DNA of 64,000 nt from Octopus vulgaris (Eukaryota), in the NCBI GenBank assembly GCA_951406725.2, contig OX597829.1, positions 31,434,001 to 31,498,000 on the forward strand, written 5' to 3'. This document shows, piece after piece, positions 14,844 to 26,800 of the stretch (within the stretch, counting starts at the first letter, position 1; the number at the start of each line of letters is the position of its first letter). A model generated the notes under the pieces. The model worked only from the letters and a program-made list of their open reading frames with translations, ran no database searches and was not told the origin of the DNA. Made by a program: the position numbers and the translations under genes.

Positions 14844-17800
14844 TGTGTGTTTTAGCAATTTCATCAATAGTTTCGAATGTAATATCATCATTCCACTCTT
14901 GGGTTTCAGATTCTTCATCGCTTTCGTCTCTCTTGGATAGATCCGGATCACTTTGGTAGAGTGGGTTTTCTTTATCCAAGTGAAAACCATCAGCAAACAC
15001 ATTAATATTGTCATCGAAATCGTCTCCGTCTTTCGGCGAATCGATAACATTTTTGATAAGTAATTTTCCCCTGACGATTCTCAAATCTTCTTCCGCATCG
15101 GATGCTGAAACACTTTCCGGTTCTGTGTTCAATTCATAGATTTTATGTGCTTCGATGCTCGATGAATTTTTAACAAGAGTGGTCGGTCGTGCTATGGTTG
15201 GTGTGGAAGAATTCTTCTGTACATATTCCATCGTAATAGTCTGTTTGGGTGGCTCGTATGTATTTTGTGACGGTATCAAAATTGCTTTTTGGTAGTTGAC
15301 TTGTGGCATAAACCTGTACCCTGTCGAAGTTTCTACTGTTTCTGCTTCACCTTCGGAGCTGACCGTTTCGGTTCCCGTTCCGGAATCTACAAAATTTTCG
15401 GAATGGTTCTTTTTAACAACAGTAGGTTCTGGCGGCTGCGAACGTAACACATAATTTGAAGATGTTTGTAGTATAGTTGCCTCCGGTTTATTTACATTCG
15501 GCATGAACTGGTGATTAATCCTTTTCTGTTTCTTCATCTGATGGTTTTCGTTATCGGAGAGTTCATCCCCACTTTCAGATGAATGAGTATCGTTTGTATT
15601 ATTTTCCATGTTTGTTCGGTTGATTTCACAATAAATAACGCGCTTTATTTGGTTGTGTTCCCCAGTTGATGGTGTTAACCTGACCACTTTATACTGATGA
15701 TCCGAATCATTATCGTCTGGCCTATCCTCAATATGGTTTTCAATTACATTCGAAGTTTCTCGATAAATTATCGGAGAAGGTGTTATTGTTGTTTCTAAGC
15801 CATTGTCTAACTTGGAAATATATGCTGGTCCTGAATCTGTAGTGTGCTCCTCTATAAAATTAGATTCTACCATTTTTTTTGCTGGTATTGGGCGCAATTC
15901 GCTTCTCACTTTCTCGTATAAAAATTCAGTGCTGCCTTCACCTGCACTATCATATAAGGAAGACCGGGATCTTGATTTAACTGGCTTGCTATTTACATTC
16001 ATGATTGTATCTTTCGGCACCTCAAATGCTTTGATTCTACGATGTACGTTTCCCTTGATTAAAGCTTCCCTTTTTTGTTCACTTATCGCTATACTTCCAT
16101 CTTCAATGTCGTTTTCTTCGTCATTTAGTGTGGGCGAAAGCAGAAAGCTTTGACGTCGTTCCGATGTCACAAAGCTTTCTACAATAGCTGGACTAGAAAT
16201 TTCAACATTCCTAGACGATGGTGTTTTATAATTTTCAGAAGTTGTCAAACCGGTCTCAGTGTTTGATATGACCGCTTGGGTTGGTTGCTGTGTAATAACT
16301 GAATTTTCCGAAAATGTATTTTCAGCGGTTTGAGCAAGAATATTTGGTTGAGACTCGAGCGTTTCATCGTTAATTAATTTATTCTTCAACGGTTGCATAA
16401 TATCATAGTCGATGACTCCATCGGCTCTGATACGTTTGTTTATTGCACTTGGGTCTTCTACTGCCCACAGGTCATTGTTTTCATTCCTATTAATTTCACT
16501 CGAAGGTAAAGTTTCTACAGGTGTACTAATATGTGCGTGTACATCTTCAGCAGTTCCATTGTCTTTCTTGAATGGTGGAGCAGCAACCATTTGGTTAGAA
16601 GTTTGTTGAATTTCAGGGGCAACATATTCAGTGCTGTTTTTCAGTAAAGGGTTGTTAACAGTGAAATAGTCTGCCCTCGATTCTTCCTCAGGGTATTCTG
16701 AGCTTGGTGAGCGCTGCGTCTGATTTTGAACGTCAACCGAGTCTGGAAAAGTGTTCTCAAATGAACTAAGTGCATTCAAATTCTCAACACGAGACCGATC
16801 GCCGCTGACATCATGATTCACAACTTCTGAACCGGTTAAGTTTGCTTCAACCACTGTTCCGGGTCTAGCATCATTGTAACCAGTTAAACTTGCGGCGTCA
16901 GCTGGCTTATTGGGTTGAGACGCGAGTGGTTCATTCGCGGTAACAGGAGTCGTCCAACGAGTTATTTGGTCGTTGTTTTTGTTGGCATCAATTGTTTCAT
17001 GCTCTCTTAGTAATCCGTTTGAATCTTGCAGGTGTCGAGAGTGAACAGTACCGTTCGTAATGTATTCAACTGGTTCTGCAGTAGACTTGTCACTTGTTTT
17101 CTTCGTCTCACCGAAAATTGATCGCCCTGATTCGAAAAAACGACGGAGGAAATTTACTGGTTTTCCGGTCACCACTTGCTCTTTCTCGGTTTCTTTCGTG
17201 CTTTTGATGACCGTTGGTTCCGCTTTCACATTCTCTTCACTGTACTCTTGGGAGGCAAACTCTCCAAGAAAATTGCTGCCCAGACTACTACAGCTGCTTG
17301 AGCTTCTACTGACTGTTGCCGAGCCTGGGTATTTCGCTTTTTGCTCGCCGTTAAAATCTCTATTGCTTTCACTCTCTTTCGATGCAGCCAATACAACAGA
17401 TTCATTTTCTCGCACATTTTCTCCTTGAGTTTTTTCAACTGAACTCAATCCGTATACTAATCTCTCTCCCGTACCCGTGTCGTGTTCTGGGCTAATACTT
17501 GTGCTACTTTCTGTTATGACGGTATTTGTAACTGCAGGGTATGTAGATATAGTACCATTGCTCTTTGTTGTTATTATTGTTGTTTTAGCTGCTGCTGTTG
17601 CAGTTGAATCACTTTTTATCAGCGGTGTCTGATTACCCTCTGGTGGTTGTTTAAGCCGGGTTAACATCTCAGAGTTGGTTGAATAATAGGGAATGTATGA
17701 AACACGGTCGAGATTACTGCCAGAATTGTCTTCTTTTAAATGCGTTTCTTCTCCGTCTACTGTACTTATTCCTTCCTCTTCTTCTTTGTCGTCTTCTTTC

Positions 17801-20800
17801 TTTTCCTCCCCTTCCTCTTCTTTATTACCAACACCGTCTCCTAAATATGTCCCACTAACCACGACAGTTTGTGTGTTTTCAACACTAGTTGGAGTTGAAT
17901 GTATTTCACTGGCGATTGTCGGCACAATATTATCTTCTGCTTCAACTAAAGTAATTTCTTCTCCCACCACCACTCCTGTTTCGTCCGACTTTTTTAACAC
18001 TTTCTGAGTCAAATCTGTTGTAGCTGTTGCGATTACTGTCGTAGTGGTTGTTGTTGTTGTTGCTATTGTTGTAGTTATCGGTGTAACGTCCGTTGCTATG
18101 TCTTTTATTGCTTCTTTTTCATTGGTGTCAACAGAAGCACATGACTGAACAAACGAAGGAGCGCTTCTGAAGAAGGTATTGTTACTTTTTGACACGCCTT
18201 TCTTTGTTAAAAGGTTTTCCTCTCTTTCCCCTAACTTGTTTACTTCAAGCATAGAAACTGAACTCAATGTGTTTTCATTATCAATCGGTAGATTTTCTGA
18301 AATCACAATTTCTTTGCCCTTCTCGTCTTCTTTCTGTTTTTCATCTGACAACATTACCATTGCCTCTTCTGCTTCGACCTTTTCTATCTGGCTTTCCTCC
18401 TTCTCTAACGACTCCTCTTCTCTTTCTTCTTCTTTCTCTCCTGCTACCACGACGACATCAGTTGACCCTATCACTACCAACTCTTCACTCTCTTTTTCTT
18501 CTTTTTCTTGTCCTTCTTTCTTTTCTTCATCGTCTATGTCACGCTCTATTTCTCCGACAGGGAGGTCTATTTTTCCACTTGTATTTTCATTCGCATTAAT
18601 TTCTTCCAGTGTTTCCCCACTCGTAACTCCCATTCCAGTCACAGTTTCTATTTCTCCCTTAATTTCGTTGATATCTTCTGTTTTTACACTGTAGACGATT
18701 TCAATTTCATCTCTTACATCATCCAGATCGTCAGTTTCTCTCTTCGCCTCTGGAGCATCGCTTTCCACTGCACTGGCAGTGGATGGTTGATTTGCTTTGA
18801 GTATTTGCTTTTCTTCGTTCGAAATGGAGAGAAGCGAACCTTGCTTGTAGCATTCTGGTAATTCTGCATGGTCGCTTATTATCTCGTTACTTCCTTGACT
18901 GTTTTCCCTTTGCAAAACGTACGCCATTATGCTCTCGAATTTATCAGGTATTGTATCAGAAATACTCTCTGCAAGGCTTATCGTATCCTCTTCCACATTC
19001 ACACGTTCAACTTGCTCAGTATTCATCGCCGATGAAGCATGAAGCCCTTCTTCTTTTTCTATTAAAACCTCATCATTGCCAGGGATAACAACAGGTTGTA
19101 CTTCAAAATCAGATGGAATATCCACAGGTGGGTTCATTTCCGAAATAACTTGTATATTTTCACTTGTTACCGAAGAAGGGGCAACTTCATAGCTTATAGG
19201 GGTAACTTCGAAATCTTCACCTACTACTTGATCTAGTGAAGGAGGCGTTTCTTTTGTGACGGTTGATAGGCTAACTTCCACAGTCTCACCTACGACTTCG
19301 TTTTCCCCTGAAGGGAGAGCTTCTTGTGTGGCGGTTGGAAGGCTAACTTCCACAACTTCATGTACGACTTCACTGTCCACTGAAGGGACAGCCTCTTGTG
19401 AGACGGTTGGTAGGCTAACTTCCACAATTTGATGTGTGACTTCACTGTCCACTGAATGGACAGGTTCTTGAATGACGGCTGGTAGGCTGACTTCCACAAC
19501 TTCCTGTACGACTTCGCTGTCCACTGAAGGGATAGCCTCTTGTGAGACGATTGGGGGGCTAACTTCCACAATTTCATGTACGACTTCGCTGTCCACTGAA
19601 GGTACAGCCTCTTGTGTGACGGCTGGAAGGCTAACTTCCACAGTTTCATCTACGACTTCACTGCCCACTGAAGGGACAGCCTCTTGTGAGACGGTTGGTA
19701 GGATAACTTCCACAATTTCATGTACGACTTCTCTGTCCACTGATGGGACAGCTTCTTGTGTGACGGTTGGAAGGCTGACTTCCACAGTTTCATCTACGAC
19801 TTCACTGCCCACTGAAGGGACAGCCTCTTGTGAGACGGTTGGTAGGCTAACTTCCACAATTTCATGTACGACTTCGCTGTCCACTGAAGGGACAGCTTCT
19901 TGTGTGACGGTTGGAAGGCTGACTTCCACAGTTTCATCTACGACTTCACTGCCCACTGAAGGGACAGCCTCTTGTGAGACGGTTGGTAGGCTAACTTCCA
20001 CAATTTCATGTACGACTTCTCTGTCCACTGAAGGGAGAGCTTCTTGTGTGACGGTTGGAAGGCTGACTTCCACAGTTTCATCTACGACTTCACTGCCCAC
20101 TGAAGGGACAACCTCTTGTGAGACGGTTGGTAGGCTAACTTCCACAATTTGATGTGTGACTTCACTGTCCACTGAATGGACAGGTTCTTGAATGACGGTT
20201 GGTAGGCTAACTTCCACAACTTCATGTACGATTCCACTGTCCACTGAAGAGAGCGTTTCTTGTGTGACGGTTGGTGGGCTAACTTCTACAATTTCATGTA
20301 CGACTTCGCTGTCCACTGGAGGAAAAGTTTCTTGTGTGATGGTTGGTAGGCTAACTTCCACAGTTTCATCTACGACTTCACTGTCCACTGAAGGGAGAGC
20401 TTCTTGTGTGACGGTTGGAAGGCTAACTTCCACAACTTCATGTACGACTTCACTGTCCACTGAAGGGAGGTCCACTGAAGGGAGAGCTTCTTGTGTGACG
20501 GTTGGAAGGCTAACTTCCACAACTTCATGTACGACTTCACTGTCCACTGAAGGGAGAGCTTCTTGTGTGACGGTTGGAAGACTAACTTCCACAACTTCAT
20601 GTACGACTTCACTGTCCACTGAAGAGACAGCTTCTTGTGTGACGGTTGGAAGGCTAGCTTCTACAGAATCCTGTACAACTTCTTTGCTTACTGAAAGAAT
20701 AGATTCTTGTGTGTTTAATGGTGGGCTAACTTCCGCGGACTTGTGTGCAACTTCAGTGTTCAGGGTACTGAATCCTTGTGACTGAATTAGTGGGGTTACC

Positions 20801-23800
20801 TCATGAAGACCGTGTGCAGTATTACTGGTTACAGAATCAGTTGTCTCAGGGACCTTTGTATCAGGAGCAATCTCATTTGTTTTAAGGATAATTTCTTCTG
20901 TTTGTTGAGCCGGAATATTATTTCTTATCTGAGTAATCCGGCTGTTTACAATCCTGAGTCTTTCTTGAACACTGGGTCTACGTGATTGCTCAGTCTTAAT
21001 AATTTTGCCAGTTATTTCAGAGTCATTCAATGAGTGCACGTCAGCAACGCGCTTATCTGGGACAAAATTTTCTTCATCTTTTGTAGCAGAAGTAATTTCT
21101 TTAACATCATCAGCATCTTCTTTCTTCAAGAAAGTGATAGATTCTTCTGTTTTTTTAAAGAGGGGTTCATCACAAGCTTTCATTATAGTTTCACTTTTCA
21201 TTGCAGGCAAGGTTTCTAAACATTCTTCGGCTTCCTTGACTGATGAAATTTCAGCAAAGTTTGTCAAATCTGTCGATGGGCTAACTTCCACAGTCTCATG
21301 TATCTCTCTGTCAGAGGTTTCTTGTGCTACTGTTGGCGGGCTATCTTCTATAGTCTCATATACAATTTCTTTGTTTACTGAAGGGAGAGTTTCTTGTGTG
21401 TCTGTGGGTGGGCTAACTTCCACGGTCTCATGTACAACTTTACTGTCAGGTGAGGGCAGGAGTCCTTTAGTTACACCAACTGTTCTTTCTCCAATATGTT
21501 TGTTAACAATTCTGAGTCTTTCTTGAGCTGTTGGTCTGTATTTCTCAATCACAGTTGCGGTATCTTCTAGGATGTGTGTCTGAGTACCGTTCAACAAGTT
21601 AGTTTCATTGTCTTCCACATTTCCACCAGCATTTTGATTCTCTTTCTCTGAATTCATGTCATTTTCTTTCTTCCAAGGTTGAAAATTAAGATATGTATCT
21701 GCTTCATCATCCGCATATCTTGTTGGCGGCCAGATCCTTGCAAGTTTTCTTACTTTGTGTTTTCTGACAGTTTTTGAAATGTCGAAAATCGACAATTCTT
21801 GTATATTGGTTTTGTTATGAACTTTTTCTGGGCTTTGTGGTAAATCTTTTTTTCTGATCTCGGCATCCTCTCTACCAGACTGTTCGGTTTCTTCTTTTCT
21901 AATTGGCTTTACAGACGTCTCACTAAGCTCGTTCCCTACTTCAGCTTCAACTTCAAGCTCTGTATTGGCATCAATTTTATTGGTTATCTGGTTTTCTATT
22001 TGTTGTTCTACGATTTCGGATTCGCCTGATGTTTCTGATGGAATATCTTTTACTATGAATTCTTCATTTCCACTGGTTCTAATTCCATTGCTGTACTCCT
22101 GGTCGGTCACCGTTGACTCTGAAATATTTCTTGAGTACAACAGTGATTCAGTTTTCCCCTCATCTGTGGAAAACGTCCCCAAGGTGATGTTGTTATTGTT
22201 GTTATCGTCGTCGTCGTCGTCGCCATGTATATTGTTGATCTGGCTACTGTTTTGTTCGTTAACGACATTACTGTCGTTGATAGTTTCCACCTTTCTATTC
22301 ACCTCAACAACAAGCACCTCTTCTGTCATATCTTCTCCGCGAACATAATTATCCGTTTTTGTTTCAATGACACCTTTTATATCGTTGTTGTTGCTGTAGA
22401 GATCATTGTCGTTGTTGCTTTTAATGTCGATATTACTGTTGTCGTTGTTGGTGATCGTATTAATTATTTCGTAACTGCTATTCTCGTCGCTTTCGTTCCG
22501 GATGTTGTCGTTAATTTTAGACATCGATTCCAATCTACATTGCTGCTCAGGATACATTATATCTGATGTGATCGTAGTTTGAAAACCAGTCGACGGTAGC
22601 GATAGAGACTCTTCTGTTTGTTGTTGCTCGACGTTAATGAGACGTTCAGAAACCAGCCCCACTTCCTCAGCTTCGGACGTATTAAATGATGTGTCCGATA
22701 TATTTGTCAGTATATTTGGCTCTGTTTTATAAATAGTGTCTCCACTTTGCATAGCATTGTCTGGAGTAGAATAGAGGGGAACGGAGGCCACATCTGCGTT
22801 GATGAAAGTATTTTCTGTTATCTCTATTTGCTGTTTTTGCTCCAGTTCATAATTGAGTAGTTCTTTCTTTTCTTCCCCTGTTTTCAGTTCTTTTTCTTCT
22901 CGTTGTACTTCGTTTTGCTTGTTTTGTACACGAAGTATCTGATTCAAATTACTTTCTACTGGTTTATATCCTATTTGTTTCGTTCCGATTGTATGTGCCC
23001 AAGAAGTATCTGATATTTCTCCGCCATTTATATAGTGGGCTTTATTTTGATGCAAGTCATCTTTGTCATATATGTATGCAGAAAATATCTTCTGCAGTTC
23101 CTTCACACGGCCTCGTTTGATGCTCTGTTTCATTGTCTTGTACATGTCGTCGCTTAGGTGCTGGACTACGTGGTTAGCATCTTGGTATATAATTGTAAAA
23201 TTTCCGTTCACACTGCTGCTATCTCCTTCAACACTCGCTGTCGGTGGCGTTGCACGAGAATGTGACGACAGCGTGGTTAGAGACGAGGTGGGGGAAGAGG
23301 AAGTCTCTGTCGATGGTGACGAAAAAAAGAAACGGGAAGTTGTCGGGGATGTCGACGGTTGTGTTAGCAGAGGTATTTCTGTTTCAGGCTGCATCGGCGA
23401 CATCGTTCCAGGTGGTGTCGGTGGCAATGAGTGCAAAGTTTGTGTAGAAGGTGATTGTGAGAGAGGAAAAGTAGCAGACGAATTAAGGGAGGAAACCTCA
23501 GATACCGTTATGGATGATTCTACAGACACTTCAGGAGATAAGTCCAGAGATGATTCCACAGATTGTGTCACTGATGGTGCCAAAGACGGTTCCGGTGTTG
23601 GTACTAGGGGCGGTACCTCACTTAATTTTAGAGATTGCGCTTCAGACACAGCAACAGTTGGTCTTACAGATAGTTCCTCAACTGGGTTTAAAGAGGTAGA
23701 CTCAAGCAATGCATTAGATTGAAGCACAGTCAATTCCTTAGCCTGTACCTCAGATTGTGAATAAGACTGTGGTACAGATGGTACCTCGATCTGCTTGTTT

Positions 23801-26800
23801 TCCAATGGCATAGATGGTACCTCCGGCATTTTCTCATCCAGTGTCACAGATACTACCTCAGGCAACTTTTCATCTAATATCACAGATGGCACCTCAGGGA
23901 GTTTATCTCCCAGTGTCACTGATGGTATCTCAGGGAGCTTCTCATCTAATGTCACTGATGGTACCTCAGGCAGTTTCTCATCTAATGTCACTGATGGTAC
24001 CTCAGGCAGTTTCTCATCCAATGTCACAGATGGCAACTCGGGAAGTTTTTCACTCAATGTCACGGATTGTACCTCAGGCAGTTTCTCATCCAATGTCACT
24101 GATGGTACCTCAGGCAGTTTCTCATCTAATGTCACTGATGGTACCTCAGGCAGTTTCTCATCTAATGTCACTGATGGTACCTCAGGCAGTTTCTCATCCA
24201 ATGTCACTGATGGTACCTCAGGCAGTTTCTCATTCAATGTCACTGATGGTACCTCAGGCAGTTTCTCATCTAATGTCACTGATGGTACCTCAGGCAGTTT
24301 CTCATCTAATGTCACTGATGGTACCTCAGGCAGTTTCTCATCTAATGTCACTGATGGTACCTCAGGCAGTTTCTCATCTAATGTCACTGATGGTACCTCA
24401 GGCAGTTTCTCATCTAATGTCACTGATGGTACCTCAGGCAGTTTCTCATCTAATGTCACTGATGGTACCTCAGGCAGTTTCTCATCTAATGTCACTGATG
24501 GTACCTCAGGCAGTTTCTCATCTAATGTCACTGATGGTATCTCAGGCAGTTTCTCATCTAATGTCACTGATGGTACCTCAGGCAGTTTCTCATCTAATGT
24601 CACTGATGGTACCTCAGGCAGTTTCTCATTCAATGTCACTGATGGTACCTCAGGCAGTTTCTCATCTAATGACACTGATGTTACCTCAGGCAGTTTCTCA
24701 TCCAATGTCACAGATGGCAACTCAGGGAAGTTTTTCACTCAGTGTCACGGATTGTACCTCAGGCAGTTTCTCATCCAATGTCACTGATGGTACCTCAGGC
24801 AGTTTCTCATCTAATGTCACTGATGGTACCTCAGGCAGTTTCTCATCCAATGTCACTGATGGTACCTCAGGCAGTTTCTTATCCAATGTCACTGATGGTA
24901 CCTCAGGAAGTTTCTCATCTAATGTCACTGATGGTACCTCAGGCAGTTTCTCATCCAATGTCACTGATGGTACCTCAGGCAGTTTCTCATCTAATGTCAC
25001 TGATGGTACCTCAGGCAATTTCTCATCTAATGTCACTGATGGTACCTCAGGCAGTTTCTCATCCAATGTCACTGATGGCAACTTGGGAAGTTTTTCACTC
25101 AATGTCACTGATTGTACCTCAGGCAGTTTCTCATCTAATGTCACTGATGGTACCTCAGGCAGTTTCTCATCTAATGTCACTGATGGTACCTCAGGCAGTT
25201 TCTCATCTAATGTCACAGATGGCAACTCGGGAAGTTTTTCACTCAATGTCACGGATTGTACCTCAGGCAGTTTCTCATCCAATGCCACTGATGGTACCTC
25301 AGGCAGTTTCTCATCCAATGTCACTGATGGTACCTCAGGCAGTTTCTCATCTAATGTCACTGATGGTACCTCAGGCAGTTTCTCATCTAATGTCACTGAT
25401 GGTACCTCAGGAAGTTTCTCATCTAATGTCACTGATGGTACCTCAGGCAGTTTCTCATCCAATGTCACTGATGGTACCTCAGGCAGTTTCTCATCTAATG
25501 TCACTGATGGTACCTCAGGCAATTTCTCATCTAATGTCACTGATGGTACCTCAGGCAGTTTCTCATCCAATGTCACTGATGGTACCTCAGGCAGTTTCTC
25601 ATCCAATGTCACAGATGGCAACTCGGGAAGTTTTTCACTCAATGTCACGGATTGTACCTCAGGCAGTTTCTCATCCAATGCCACTGATGGTACCTCAGGC
25701 AGTTTCTCATCCAATGTCACAGATGGCAACTTGGGAAGTTTTTCACTCAATGTCACAGATTGTACCTCAGGCAGTTTCTCATCTAATGTCACTGATGGTA
25801 CCTCAGGCAGTTTCTCATCTAATGTCACTGATGGTACCTCAGGCAGTTTCTCATCTAATGTCACTGATGGTACCTCAGGCAGTTTCTCATCCAATGTCAC
25901 TGATGGTACCTCAGGCAGTTTCTCATCTAATGTCACTGATGGTACCTCAGGCAGTTTCTCATCTAATGTCACTGATGGTACCTCAGGCAGTTTCTCATCC
26001 AATGTCACAGATGGCAACTCGGGAAGTTTTTCACTCAATGTCACGGATTGTACCTCAGGCAGCGTCTCATCCAATGTCACTGATGGTACCTCAGGCAGTT
26101 TCTCATCTAATGTCACTGATGGTACCTCAGACAGTTTCTCATCTAATGTCACTGATGGTACCTCAGGTAGTTTCTCATCTAATGTCACTGATGGTACCTC
26201 AGGCAGTTTCTCATTCAATGTCACGGATTGTACCTCAGGCAGTTTCTCATCTAATGTCACTGATGGTACCTCAGGCAGTTTCTCATCTAATGACACTGAT
26301 GGTACCTCAGGCAGTTTCTTATCCAATGTCACTGATGGTACCTCAGGAAGTTTCTCATCTAATGTCACTGATGGTACATCAGGCAGTTTCTCATTCAATG
26401 TCACGGATTGTACCTCAGGCAGTTTCTCATCCAATGTCACTGATGGTACCTCAGGCAGTTTCTCATCTAATGTCACTGATGGTACCTCAGGCAGTTTCTT
26501 ATCCAATGTCACTGATAGTACCTCAGGAAGTTTCTCATCTAATGTCACTGATGGTACATCAGGCAGTTTCTCAATCAATGTCACGGATTGTACCTCAGGC
26601 AGTTTCTCATCTAATGTCACTGATGGTACCTCAGGCAGTTTCTCATCTAATGTCACCGATGGGACCTCAGGTAGTTTTTCACTCAATGTGATGGATGGTA
26701 CCTCCGGCAGTTTCTTATCTGGAATGACAGATGGCACCTCATGCAATGTCACAGATGTTTCCTTCTTTAATGCATCAAGTTGTACTGTATCCTGTGTCAC

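Noticed and set aside
14812-24738. Treating the 3308-aa ORF as a separate gene starting MKNF and ending KLVLYYIF
   Set aside because: The start is a GTG produced by the frameshift inside the array, and the last residues are read-through past the splice donor.
23800-26755. 36-bp periodicity resembling a CRISPR array
   Set aside because: Units are head-to-tail with no unique spacers, are in-frame coding, and lie in eukaryotic sequence with no cas genes.
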